A DNA stretch of 63,078 nucleotides, from contig CAZBKQ010000005.1 of the NCBI GenBank assembly GCA_964492555.1, positions 8,503-71,580 of the forward strand. The letters are read 5' to 3'. Shown piece after piece: positions 24,865 to 33,759 of this stretch (positions within the stretch are counted from its first letter, which is position 1; each line of letters begins with the position of its first letter). Under the pieces are notes generated by a model. That model had not been told where the DNA came from and made no database searches. It saw nothing but the letters and a program-made list of their open reading frames with translations. Source of the stretch: an uncultured Rhodospirillaceae bacterium (GTDB lineage Bacteria; Pseudomonadota; Alphaproteobacteria; MPNO01; UBA2964). The position numbers were made by a program, and so were the translations under genes.

Positions 24865-25974
24865 TTAATCCCGGATATCCTGCAACAGCCATTCGGTGGG
24901 TATTTCATTCCCGACCTTGGCATCGCGGGCGAGTTCAAAGACCCGTCCGGCAACGGCATGAAACTGGTTGCCCTGCAGATTGCCGCGTTCCGAATAGGTA
25001 ATTTGCTCGCGAGTCTGACGGCCGCGATTGGTGCCTTCAAGGAAATCCTTGAAATAGACGATGCGGTCTTCCATCACCACGCCATGGCCGCGCTGACCTT
25101 TGGGTTTGAGCGTAAAGCCGTAATCCTGGTCGCGGCGCGCGGCATAGGTAATGAATTCATCCGCCAGTCCGAATTCCGGCAACCCTTCGGGGGCGGGCGC
25201 GTTGCCGAAACGGAAATAGACATCGACGCGTTCCTGGGTTTCCTGCGTGACCATGCCGCGCGCGCCGACATTCAGCACATGTTGTCCCGCTTCCAGACAA
25301 CCCGGATCGATGACCGGAATGGCGGAATCCGTGCAACCCGCGACGATGTCCGCGCCTTTATAGATATCTTCGGGCTTGTCGCAGACCACGACTTCTATTC
25401 CGTGCCGGTCACGCACCCATTGGCCGAACTGTTCGCGGTGATCGGGTGTCGGGCTGAAGACCTGAAGTTTCCTGATATCGCGGACGCACATAAAGGCGTC
25501 GATATGAGTTTCCGCCATGCCGCCGGAGCCCAGCATGCCGACGACATGGGAGTCCTCACGGCTCATGTATTTGACGCCGATGCCGCCATCCGCCCCGACG
25601 CGCATATGCTGCAACACGCCGTCATTGATGAAAGCCAGCGGTTCGCCGTTTTCCGTGCTGGTCAGCAGGATCAGCCCGCAGAACAGCCCCGGCTCCTTGC
25701 AGTATTTTTCCTGGCTGCGCACGCCGTTATATTCCGTTTCGTAAACGACATCCGACTTCATGCGGATGGCGAAATAACCGCCGGCCTTACCGCCTTCCAT
25801 CGTTCCCCATTGGTAGGCCTTCTTCGGGTCCGATGTGGGGATCTGGATATCGATACGGGGCCGGCAGATGGCCTCACCGGCGGCAAGCGCCTGATAGGCG
25901 TCTTCCAGCACCTCAATCGTGTCCTTCATGGTGAGGAGCTGGGCAACGTGGTCGTTATTGATCATCAAGGTCAT
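24865..25974 (-). CDS. Ornithine cyclodeaminase / mu-crystallin family NAD(P)-dependent enzyme
   Basis: 369 aa. Rossmann segment VGMLGSGGMAETHIDAF and overall family-typical layout. Confidence 0.8.
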   Translation of the reverse strand: MTLMINNDHVAQLLTMKDTIEVLEDAYQALAAGEAICRPRIDIQIPTSDPKKAYQWGTMEGGKAGGYFAIRMKSDVVYETEYNGVRSQEKYCKEPGLFCGLILLTSTENGEPLAFINDGVLQHMRVGADGGIGVKYMSREDSHVVGMLGSGGMAETHIDAFMCVRDIRKLQVFSPTPDHREQFGQWVRDRHGIEVVVCDKPEDIYKGADIVAGCTDSAIPVIDPGCLEAGQHVLNVGARGMVTQETQERVDVYFRFGNAPAPEGLPEFGLADEFITYAARRDQDYGFTLKPKGQRGHGVVMEDRIVYFKDFLEGTNRGRQTREQITYSERGNLQGNQFHAVAGRVFELARDAKVGNEIPTEWLLQDIRD

Positions 25975-25985
25975 GGATGGGTTCC

Positions 25986-27848
25986 CTAGTTCAGTGAGGT
26001 GTGTACATCGACCAGCGCGACCTGCCCGCCTTCGACCGCCTTGACCGCGCGTTCGAACGCGCCCTTGAGGTCTTTCGGATCTCTCACCGGTTCTTCGGCA
26101 AAGGCGCCATAGCCGCGCGCGACCATGCAGTAATCCGGGTCGGGTCCGACCATGCGCTGGCCGATCCAGGCGTTCTCCGCCGGACGGCCACGCCGATTGG
26201 CGAGGGTGATCTGATGTTCCTCGTCATTGCCGAATGAGGTGTTGTTGTGCAGCACGATCAGGATCGGGATTTTGTAATGCGCCGCGGTCCAGATCGCCGC
26301 CGGACCCATGGTGAAGTCGCCATCGCCGATAATCGCGACGGTGAACTTGCCCTGGTCGCGTCCGGCGAGAGCGGAGCCGATGACGCCCGCCGCGCCATAG
26401 CCGATGCCGCCGCCGATGGAGTTGGACATGAACTGCCCCGCCCCGTCGAATTCCCAGATACCGTCATACCAGGCCCGGTAATTGCGCGACGCGAGCAGCC
26501 AGTCCTTGTCCTTTACGGCGTTGAACAGCTCCGCCGTCATGCGGGGCAGGTAGATCGGCACCTTGTCCCACTGCGCCATCATGACTTCCTTCTGCTCCGC
26601 GCGCAGCTTGTCGTGGATTACGGAAATCTCCTCGCGGCGTTCGACGGCGCGTTTGAGCCAGGCAGGTTCGCCTTCCGCGCGTTTGGTCAATTCGGCAACA
26701 AGTTGATTGACGCCATAGAGGTTATCGGCCTGCATCTGGATATCGACCGGTTGCAGCGGTCCGCCCAGATGGGTCCAGTGTTCGATCGAGAAATCGTTGA
26801 GCGACAGGTCGATAACGGTCTGCTTCTTTTTCTCGACCGCCTGACCCGCGCCGCGGGCGCCCTCATAGGCACCGACATTGTTGGAAATATCCAGGCAATC
26901 GACACACAGGATGGTGTCCGCCTTGCCGAGGAATTCCCGCTTGTATTCGCCTTCCGACTTGGTCCGGCCGAAGCTGCAATTCAAATTCTGCGGATGGTTG
27001 GATGGCATGCAGATAATGTCGTGCCCGTCCTGATAGGCGGCGCCGGTCATTTCGACCAGCTGTTTCATCGGCTCTGTCGATTCCGCCAGATAACCGATGC
27101 GGCCGCCGAAGATCAGCGGCCAGTCGGCATCTACCAGTGCGTCCGCCGCCGCTTCGACCTGTTCCCGCGGGGCCGCGATGGGGGCGGCAGGCTGATAGCG
27201 CGGCAGGGACATATCCGGCAAGGTCACCCCGTCCGGAATATCGTCCTCCTGGATTTTGGCATCGATCGAGACATAGGTGGGGGAGCAGGGCGCGCTGGTG
27301 GCGATCCGCTGGGCCCTGGCCATGGAGTCCAGAATGGCTTGAAGGGTAACCGGTTCGTCGGTCCATTTGGTGACGTCCCGGACGATATCGCACTGCGCAT
27401 TAGCGGTGTGTATCCAGTCGGTTTTGCGGCGATGGGCCGGATCCATCGGGCCTGATCCACCGAGGACGACGACCGGCGCGCGATCCGCCATCGCGTTATA
27501 AAAGGCCATTACCGCGTGCTGCAGCCCGACCAGGTCATGAACAAAAGCTAGCGCCGGCCGGCCGGTGGCTTTCCAGTAGCCTTGCGCCATGGCGACCGCC
27601 ATTTCCTCATGCGCGACGAGAATGATCTGCGGTTTGTGGTTTCTTGTGTGATTGACCAGGCTGTCATGCACGCCGCGAAAGGACGATCCCGGGGTCAGGA
27701 AAAGGTAATCGTGCCCCATTTCCCCCATCATTTCCGCGATCAGGTCAGAACCGTACTCGGCCTTGGGCTGGTTGTCGGGCAAGTTGATCGGCGCTTCCGA
27801 AACGAATTCCGGCGCGGCGGGGTAGTTGTCGTTGATCTTGTCGCTCAT
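25986..27848 (-). CDS. ThDP-dependent enzyme T1, divergent long subfamily (acetolactate synthase / benzoylformate decarboxylase superfamily); substrate unknown
   Basis: 620 aa. Catalytic Glu context VAHEEMAV, subfamily signature PGSSFRGVHDSLVNH, and ThDP motif IGDGDF...VLHNN. RBS GGAGG. Confidence 0.85.
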   Translation of the reverse strand: MSDKINDNYPAAPEFVSEAPINLPDNQPKAEYGSDLIAEMMGEMGHDYLFLTPGSSFRGVHDSLVNHTRNHKPQIILVAHEEMAVAMAQGYWKATGRPALAFVHDLVGLQHAVMAFYNAMADRAPVVVLGGSGPMDPAHRRKTDWIHTANAQCDIVRDVTKWTDEPVTLQAILDSMARAQRIATSAPCSPTYVSIDAKIQEDDIPDGVTLPDMSLPRYQPAAPIAAPREQVEAAADALVDADWPLIFGGRIGYLAESTEPMKQLVEMTGAAYQDGHDIICMPSNHPQNLNCSFGRTKSEGEYKREFLGKADTILCVDCLDISNNVGAYEGARGAGQAVEKKKQTVIDLSLNDFSIEHWTHLGGPLQPVDIQMQADNLYGVNQLVAELTKRAEGEPAWLKRAVERREEISVIHDKLRAEQKEVMMAQWDKVPIYLPRMTAELFNAVKDKDWLLASRNYRAWYDGIWEFDGAGQFMSNSIGGGIGYGAAGVIGSALAGRDQGKFTVAIIGDGDFTMGPAAIWTAAHYKIPILIVLHNNTSFGNDEEHQITLANRRGRPAENAWIGQRMVGPDPDYCMVARGYGAFAEEPVRDPKDLKGAFERAVKAVEGGQVALVDVHTSLN

Positions 27849-27925
27849 TGGCGTTTTGGCCTCCCAGAAAAACTGGCGGCCATAATCTCTTAGCGACCCT
27901 GTTTCCGCAATGGCTCCGGGGCGGG

Positions 27926-28831
27926 TTATGAAAAAATGCCGGAACCTTCGACGAGGCTGCTGATCCGCGGGATCAACGGTTTACGGAAATCGTCGTTCCA
28001 GATCATCTCGAACTCGATCTGAAGCGGGTTGCCGATCGGCCGGGTTTCGATCTCGACCGAAAGGGTGGCGGAGGCGGGGACAAGCGCCACGCCCTCATGC
28101 GCCGCCAAGTAGGGCATGATCGCGCGGAATCCGATGTCTTGCGGATTGATCTCAGGCGCGAATCCTGCCGCCCCGCACCGTTCGGTCAGGCCTTTGAGAA
28201 AGAGCGGTTCATTTTTCTGGATGGGGGCAAGGGTGAAAACCCGTCCCCGTAAGTCGCGCCAATCAAGCGCGGGCTTTTTCGTGAGCGGGTCTTTTCGGGG
28301 CATGGCGACGACCAACGGTTCACTGACCAGCGGCGCCGTGGAGATACCCGCCATTTTCTGAAATCCGTTCGCCGGCGGTTGGAGAATGCCGATATCGATT
28401 TTTCCGGCGCGCAGCGCGTCGAGCTGTTCGGGGCTGGAATGCGCCAGCAAGGTAAAATCGACTTTCGGGAATTCCAATCTGAGATAGGAAATCAGCTTTG
28501 GCGTTACCGCCGACATGGCGCGCTGCGTGCTGGCGATCCGGATTTTCTCGCCCTGACCGGTCGCGGCGGCGCGGATGCGGTCGACGAGCCGTTCTGATTG
28601 AGCCAGGAGGTGCCTTGCTTCATCCAGCAGTTGTTCGCCGATCGGCGTAAGGTTGGTGCCCTGCCTGTCGCGTTCCAGGATGCGGGCGCCGAGGATATCT
28701 TCCAGCCGTTTGATCCGGACACTAACCGCCGACTGGCTGGTCGCGAGGCGTTTCGCCCCACGGGCAAAATTGCGTTCTTCGGCGACGGCGACGAAGGCGC
28801 GCAACAGCTGCAGATCAATCCGGTAATCCAT
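27926..28831 (-). CDS. LysR-family transcriptional regulator
   Basis: 301 aa. N-terminal wHTH LQLLRAFVAVAEERNFARGAKRLATSQSAVSVRIKRLE. It is divergent from the ThDP/FMN-dehydrogenase operon at 29090. Confidence 0.9.
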   Translation of the reverse strand: MDYRIDLQLLRAFVAVAEERNFARGAKRLATSQSAVSVRIKRLEDILGARILERDRQGTNLTPIGEQLLDEARHLLAQSERLVDRIRAAATGQGEKIRIASTQRAMSAVTPKLISYLRLEFPKVDFTLLAHSSPEQLDALRAGKIDIGILQPPANGFQKMAGISTAPLVSEPLVVAMPRKDPLTKKPALDWRDLRGRVFTLAPIQKNEPLFLKGLTERCGAAGFAPEINPQDIGFRAIMPYLAAHEGVALVPASATLSVEIETRPIGNPLQIEFEMIWNDDFRKPLIPRISSLVEGSGIFS

Positions 28832-28835
28832 ATCG

Positions 28836-28854
28836 TGATCGTAAATCAGTATCA
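28836..28854. promoter_or_regulatory. Candidate LysR-type box (TGAT-N11-ATCA)
   Basis: Dyad TGAT (28836-39) - 11 nt - ATCA (28851-54) fits the generic LTTR T-N11-A pattern. It sits 5 nt upstream of the lysR start, in the 258-nt divergent region. Confidence 0.3.
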
Positions 28855-29089
28855 GCTAAGCGCAAAGTGAGATTTCAGGAATTCAGGCCGGTGCCGTTGA
28901 CGCGGTATCGGGTGGGTCATACGCTCTTTCCATAAGAAAAATCCCGTCGGGGAGGCCAATCGCCAGAGGTAGCCAATGCCGTGCGAAACGCGCGGTAAGG
29001 TCTTTGTGCGATATGTTCCGTTTCCCCCGTGGGATATTCATCCATCGCCTCCGGCGTATCGGGGGTTGCGGCAACAGGGGAGACCATCA

Positions 29090-30811
29090 ATGCCCAAAAA
29101 GGTTATCGAAAACTGCACCGTTTCGGATGCATATCTGGCGGTGCTGGCCGATCGTGGCGTCGATTATCTGTTTGCCAATGCCGGTACGGATTTCGCGCCC
29201 TTGATCGAAGCGTTGGCGAAGGCGCAGGCCTTGGGCACGCCTCATCCGATCCCCATTACATGCCCGCATGAAAACACCGCGCAGCACATGGCGATCGGGT
29301 ACTACCTTGCCACCGGGCGACCGCAGCTCACCATGATGCATGTGAATGTCGGTACCGCGAACGGTATGAACGGGCTTCTTAATGCGTCGCGCGGTCAGGT
29401 GCCGATGATTTTTTCCGCGGGCCGCACGCCGACCAACGAAGACTCTCTGAAAGGCCACCGCACGCTGGATATCCACTGGACCCAGGAAATGTTCGACCAG
29501 GGGGGGATGACCCGTGAGGCGGTGAAGTGGGATTATGAACTTCGCAATGCTGAGCAGGTCGAAACGGTTATCGACCGGATTCTGAGCGTCATTATGAGTG
29601 ACCCCAAGGGGCCGGCCTATCTGTCGCTGCCGCGCGAGGTTCTGGCGCTTGAAATCGACCGGTTCGAATATGAATCGCCGGGCCGTATTCAGCCCGCCGC
29701 GCCTTCCATGCCGAATACCGCCGCGCTTGATGAAGCGGCCGCCATCCTTGCCGGGGCGGAAAATCCGGTAATCATCACCAACTGGGCGGGCCGCAATCCG
29801 GGCGTCATGCCGGCGCTGTGCGCGCTGGTGGAAGAATACGCCATCCCGGTGGTCGAATACCGTAACCGCTATGTCGCGATCCCGCGCAATCATTCGATGT
29901 ATGCGGGCGGCAATCCGAACCCTTATGTCGAGAATGCCGACGCCATTCTGGTGATCGATTCCGCGACACCCTGGCTGCCCTCGCAGGTTAATCCTTCGGA
30001 GGATTGCAAGGTCATTCATATCGCGCCCGATCCGCATTATTCCTACCTGCCGATCCGCGGCTTCCGCGCCGATATCGCACTTTCCTGCGATTCCGCGCTG
30101 GGTATCACCGCGCTGCACGGGGCCATGTCGGCGCACAAGAAATCCGGCGACGCGTATCGCGACAAGCGCCGCGCGGCAACGGAAGAGGCGCACACGGCAT
30201 TGGAGGAAAGCTGGGCGAAGAAGCTGGAGCAAGTAAAGGACCAGACACCGCTGCATCCGGCCTTTATTTCGCATTGCATCTCGCAGATCGCCGATTCCGA
30301 AACCATTTTCGCCAAGGAATCCCAGCTTCAGGTTCAGTATCTGGATACATCCAAACCGACCAAAATTCTCAATGCAGGGGCGTCTTCCGGGCTCGGCCAC
30401 GGGATGGGGGTCGCCCTCGGCGCCAAGCTCGCCCACCGGGACAAGCTGGTCATCGGTACGCATGGCGACGGGTCCTATATGTTCAACTGTCCGGTTTCCG
30501 CCCATTACGTCGCGGCGGAGCAGGAACTGCCCATCCTCACGATCGTCTTCAATAACCAGAAATGGCAGGCGGTGCGGGGTTCGGCCCTGTCCCTTAACCC
30601 GGACGGCTATGCGGCAAAGGCGAACCAGCCGCCTCTGATGTTCTTTACCGTTGATCAGCATTACGAAAAGGCGGTCGAGGTGTCCGGTGGTTACGGTGAG
30701 CAGGTAAATGATCCGAAGGACATGATGCCGGCTCTGGAACGCGCCCTGAAGGCGGTCACGGTGGAGAAGCGGCAGGCGCTGCTGAACGTCACCGCATCCG
30801 ACCCGACCTGA
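29090..30811 (+). CDS. ThDP-dependent enzyme T2 (acetolactate synthase-like fold, distinct subtype)
   Basis: 573 aa from the ATG at 29090 (RBS GGGGAG; the track ORF 28976 extends upstream without support). Motifs CPHENTAQHMA and HGDGSYMF...VFNN. Confidence 0.85.
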   Translation: MPKKVIENCTVSDAYLAVLADRGVDYLFANAGTDFAPLIEALAKAQALGTPHPIPITCPHENTAQHMAIGYYLATGRPQLTMMHVNVGTANGMNGLLNASRGQVPMIFSAGRTPTNEDSLKGHRTLDIHWTQEMFDQGGMTREAVKWDYELRNAEQVETVIDRILSVIMSDPKGPAYLSLPREVLALEIDRFEYESPGRIQPAAPSMPNTAALDEAAAILAGAENPVIITNWAGRNPGVMPALCALVEEYAIPVVEYRNRYVAIPRNHSMYAGGNPNPYVENADAILVIDSATPWLPSQVNPSEDCKVIHIAPDPHYSYLPIRGFRADIALSCDSALGITALHGAMSAHKKSGDAYRDKRRAATEEAHTALEESWAKKLEQVKDQTPLHPAFISHCISQIADSETIFAKESQLQVQYLDTSKPTKILNAGASSGLGHGMGVALGAKLAHRDKLVIGTHGDGSYMFNCPVSAHYVAAEQELPILTIVFNNQKWQAVRGSALSLNPDGYAAKANQPPLMFFTVDQHYEKAVEVSGGYGEQVNDPKDMMPALERALKAVTVEKRQALLNVTASDPT

Positions 30812-30825
30812 TCCGCGGATTGGGC

Positions 30826-31926
30826 ATGAGGCACATCACACTTGAGAACGCTGGCTCGCTCCAGCAGATCGCGGTCATGGCGCGGCGCAATCTGACGCGC
30901 AATGTCTGGGACTATCTGATGGGCGGATCGGAATCGGAAACCACGTTGAAGCGCAACCGGCTTGGCTTCGATTGCTGGGGGTTGCGGCCGCGTATCCTGC
31001 GGAGCGTGGCGGAGGTCGACCCCGGGGTGAATTTCCTGGGCAAGCATATCCGCCTGCCGGTGATGCTGGCGCCGATCGGCAGCCTGCAGGAACTGCATCC
31101 CGATGCGGCTATGGCGACGGCGCAGGCGGCGGCGGAAATGGGCACGATCAGTTTCATGAGCTCGGTCACCCAGCCGTCTCTGGAAGAGGTCGCCGCCTCG
31201 ACAAACGCGCCCAAGGTCTATCAGCAATATATTCGCGGCGACGATGACTGGCTGGACGGCCAGGTAAAGTGCGCCGTCGATGCCGGTTTTGATTTCTTCT
31301 GCCTTACGGTCGACACGGCGGTCTATAGCCGCCGTGAACGCGATCTTATAAAACGCTGGGCGCCGGCCTCGCGCCTGACCAGTGTCGACGGGTTCCGCTG
31401 GCAGTCGGCATTCACCTGGGACAACGTCAAGCGTTTCAAGGACAAGCACGACATTCCGCTGATCATCAAGGGCATCGGCTGCGCGGATGACGCCGCAATG
31501 GCGGTCGAACATGGCGCGGCCTGCGTTTATGTGTCCAACCATGGCGGGCGCCAGCTCGATCACGGACGCGGCTCGATAGAGGTGCTGCCGGAAGTCGCCG
31601 ACGCGGTCGGCGGCAAGGCGGCCATCGTCATGGATGGCGGTATTATGCGCGGCACCGATGTGGTCAAAGCGATGGCGCTCGGCGCGACCGCCGTCTGCAT
31701 CGGGAAATTGCAGGGGCTCGGACTCGGGGCCGGCGGCAAGGACGGCGTCGTCACCATGATGCGCCTGCTGGAAGACGAAATTCGGACCACCATGCAGCTC
31801 ACCGGGCTGCATAATTTCGAAGAGTGCGACAGGAGCTTTATCGAACCAGCGGAGCCGGTTGTGGCGCCGCACCAGATCAGCCCCTATCCCCATATAGAGC
31901 TACCGGAACTGGAGTATGGAAGATGA
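30826..31926 (+). CDS. FMN-dependent alpha-hydroxy-acid dehydrogenase/oxidase (L-lactate / mandelate / glycolate oxidase family), H1
   Basis: About 366 aa. The active-site segment VSNHGGRQLDHG is present. The start is ATG 30826 or TTG 30820. Its stop overlaps the next ATG (ATGA at 31923-31926). Confidence 0.88.
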   Translation: MRHITLENAGSLQQIAVMARRNLTRNVWDYLMGGSESETTLKRNRLGFDCWGLRPRILRSVAEVDPGVNFLGKHIRLPVMLAPIGSLQELHPDAAMATAQAAAEMGTISFMSSVTQPSLEEVAASTNAPKVYQQYIRGDDDWLDGQVKCAVDAGFDFFCLTVDTAVYSRRERDLIKRWAPASRLTSVDGFRWQSAFTWDNVKRFKDKHDIPLIIKGIGCADDAAMAVEHGAACVYVSNHGGRQLDHGRGSIEVLPEVADAVGGKAAIVMDGGIMRGTDVVKAMALGATAVCIGKLQGLGLGAGGKDGVVTMMRLLEDEIRTTMQLTGLHNFEECDRSFIEPAEPVVAPHQISPYPHIELPELEYGR

Positions 31927-33731
31927 CAGAACACCTAAAACAGTTTGACCGGCCGCAAAATCTGGGAAATCCCCAGATGGGCTGGGCCAGCGACGTAGCG
32001 GCGGAGATGATGCGCCGTTGCGGCATCAAATACGTGTCGCTGAACCCCGGGGCTAGCTATCGCGGCGTTCACGATTCAATCGTCAACTATCTCGGCAATG
32101 AAGAGCCGCAGATGCTGATCTGTCTGCATGAGGACCACGCGGTGCATGTTGCGCAGGGTTACGCCAAGCTGACCGGCGAACCGATGGGCTGCTTCCTGCA
32201 TTCCAATGTCGGTCTGATGCACGGTCTGATGGGTATCTTCAATGCCTGGTGTTATCGCGCGCCGATGTTGATCATGGGCGCGACCGGGCCTGTGGATGCG
32301 CCGCTGCGCCGTCCCTGGATTGACTGGATCCATACCGCCAAGGACCAGGGCGCGCTGCTGCGCTTCATGGTGAAATGGGATGACGAGCCGCGCTCAGCCG
32401 GCGCGATTGTCGAATCCATGGCGCGGGCGAACCAGATCATCCGGTCGGAACCGACTGGCCCGGCCTATATCTGCTTTGACGCGGGGCTGCAGGAATCGGC
32501 GCTCGAGGAAGAAATCGAGATGCCGGATATCGCGAACTATCAGCCCTCCGATCCGCCGCGCGCTTCCGCCGACGCGGTGCGCGAAGCGGCTGATATGCTG
32601 CTGGCCGCGAAGAACCCGGTGATGATGCTGGGCCGTATGGCGCGGACTGAGGAGGCCTGGAACAAGCGGGTGCAGCTGGCGGAGCTTGTCGGCGCCGGCG
32701 TGCTGACCAATCTGCGCAACCCGGCCTGCTTCCCGTCCGATCATGCGCTGCATATCGGCCGCCCGGCGGGCAGGCTCGCCGGATATGCGGCTGACGCGAT
32801 CAGGGACGCCGACGTCATCCTGTCGCTCAACTGGCTCGATTTCGGCGGCACGCAGCGGCTGATGAGCGGGCAGGGCGGCATTTCCGGCAAATGCATCCAT
32901 GTCTCGCTGGAGCAATATCTGCATAACGGGTTCGGGATGGAGCTGTTCGAGCTTCCCAAAACCGATCTCAACATCAATGCCGATCAGGATGCCTTTGTCG
33001 AACAGCTGCTGGAGGAAGTTTCCAACCGGCTCGACGGCAAGTCGAAATGGGACGGTTCGTCCAAGGGGCCGGAAGCACCGGAAGTGCAGCCGATCGCGGA
33101 TCGGGACGCGGCGGCGGATATTCTGCCGGCCGATATCGTCACTGCGCTGGCCGAAGCGCAGGGCAATCGCAAAATCAGCCTCAACCGCGTCAGTTCCGGC
33201 GGTGTCGGGCCGACCTATGAGTTCACCCACCCCTGGTCCTATCTGGGCCATGACGGGGGCGGCGGGCTGGCCTCCGGGCCGGGCACGTCGGTCGGCGCCG
33301 CGCTGGCGGTTGCCGATACGGACTGGCTTGCGGTTTCCGTGCTGGGCGACGGCGATTTCATGCAGGGCAATACCGCTCTCTGGACCGCCGCGAAATACCG
33401 CATTCCGATGCTGGTCATCATCTCGAACAACCGTTCGAACTTTAACGATGAGCTGCATCAGGAAACGGTGGCGAAGGATCGCGACCGTCCGGTGGAAAAC
33501 CGCTGGATCGGCATGCGGATATCCGAACCGGACATCAATCTGAGCGAGCTTGCCGAATCTCTCGGATTCGAGACCGCGGGCGGGCCGGTCACCAAGATGG
33601 GCGACCTGCTGCCGGCGATCGAGAACGGGCTGAAGGCCGTTGAGGCCGGCAAGTGCCATTTCATCGATATCCATGTCGATACCGGATATGCCGAACCGCC
33701 GCTGATGCGTGGCGGGTCGAAAGGCGAGTAA
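31923..33731 (+). CDS. ThDP-dependent enzyme T3, divergent long subfamily
   Basis: 602 aa. Motifs NPGASYRGVHDSIVNY, CLHEDHAV, RRPWIDWIH and LGDGDF...IISNN. It is translationally coupled to the upstream gene. Confidence 0.85.
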   Translation: MTEHLKQFDRPQNLGNPQMGWASDVAAEMMRRCGIKYVSLNPGASYRGVHDSIVNYLGNEEPQMLICLHEDHAVHVAQGYAKLTGEPMGCFLHSNVGLMHGLMGIFNAWCYRAPMLIMGATGPVDAPLRRPWIDWIHTAKDQGALLRFMVKWDDEPRSAGAIVESMARANQIIRSEPTGPAYICFDAGLQESALEEEIEMPDIANYQPSDPPRASADAVREAADMLLAAKNPVMMLGRMARTEEAWNKRVQLAELVGAGVLTNLRNPACFPSDHALHIGRPAGRLAGYAADAIRDADVILSLNWLDFGGTQRLMSGQGGISGKCIHVSLEQYLHNGFGMELFELPKTDLNINADQDAFVEQLLEEVSNRLDGKSKWDGSSKGPEAPEVQPIADRDAAADILPADIVTALAEAQGNRKISLNRVSSGGVGPTYEFTHPWSYLGHDGGGGLASGPGTSVGAALAVADTDWLAVSVLGDGDFMQGNTALWTAAKYRIPMLVIISNNRSNFNDELHQETVAKDRDRPVENRWIGMRISEPDINLSELAESLGFETAGGPVTKMGDLLPAIENGLKAVEAGKCHFIDIHVDTGYAEPPLMRGGSKGE

Positions 33732-33759
33732 TCGGGCCGAGAGTTAAGGAGATAAATCA

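Noticed and set aside
28976-29089. N-terminal extensions proposed by the ORF track for several genes: 28976, 31824, 43331, 46580, 49963, 57154, 16755, 21898, 54884, 60469 and 8351.
   Set aside because: The extensions overlap the preceding gene or a promoter region and are Arg/Pro-rich. An internal ATG or GTG aligned with the paralog N-termini removes them. Most of these internal starts follow a visible RBS, and three sit at a stop/start junction with the upstream gene (ATGA at 31923 and 57211, TAATATG at 16869).
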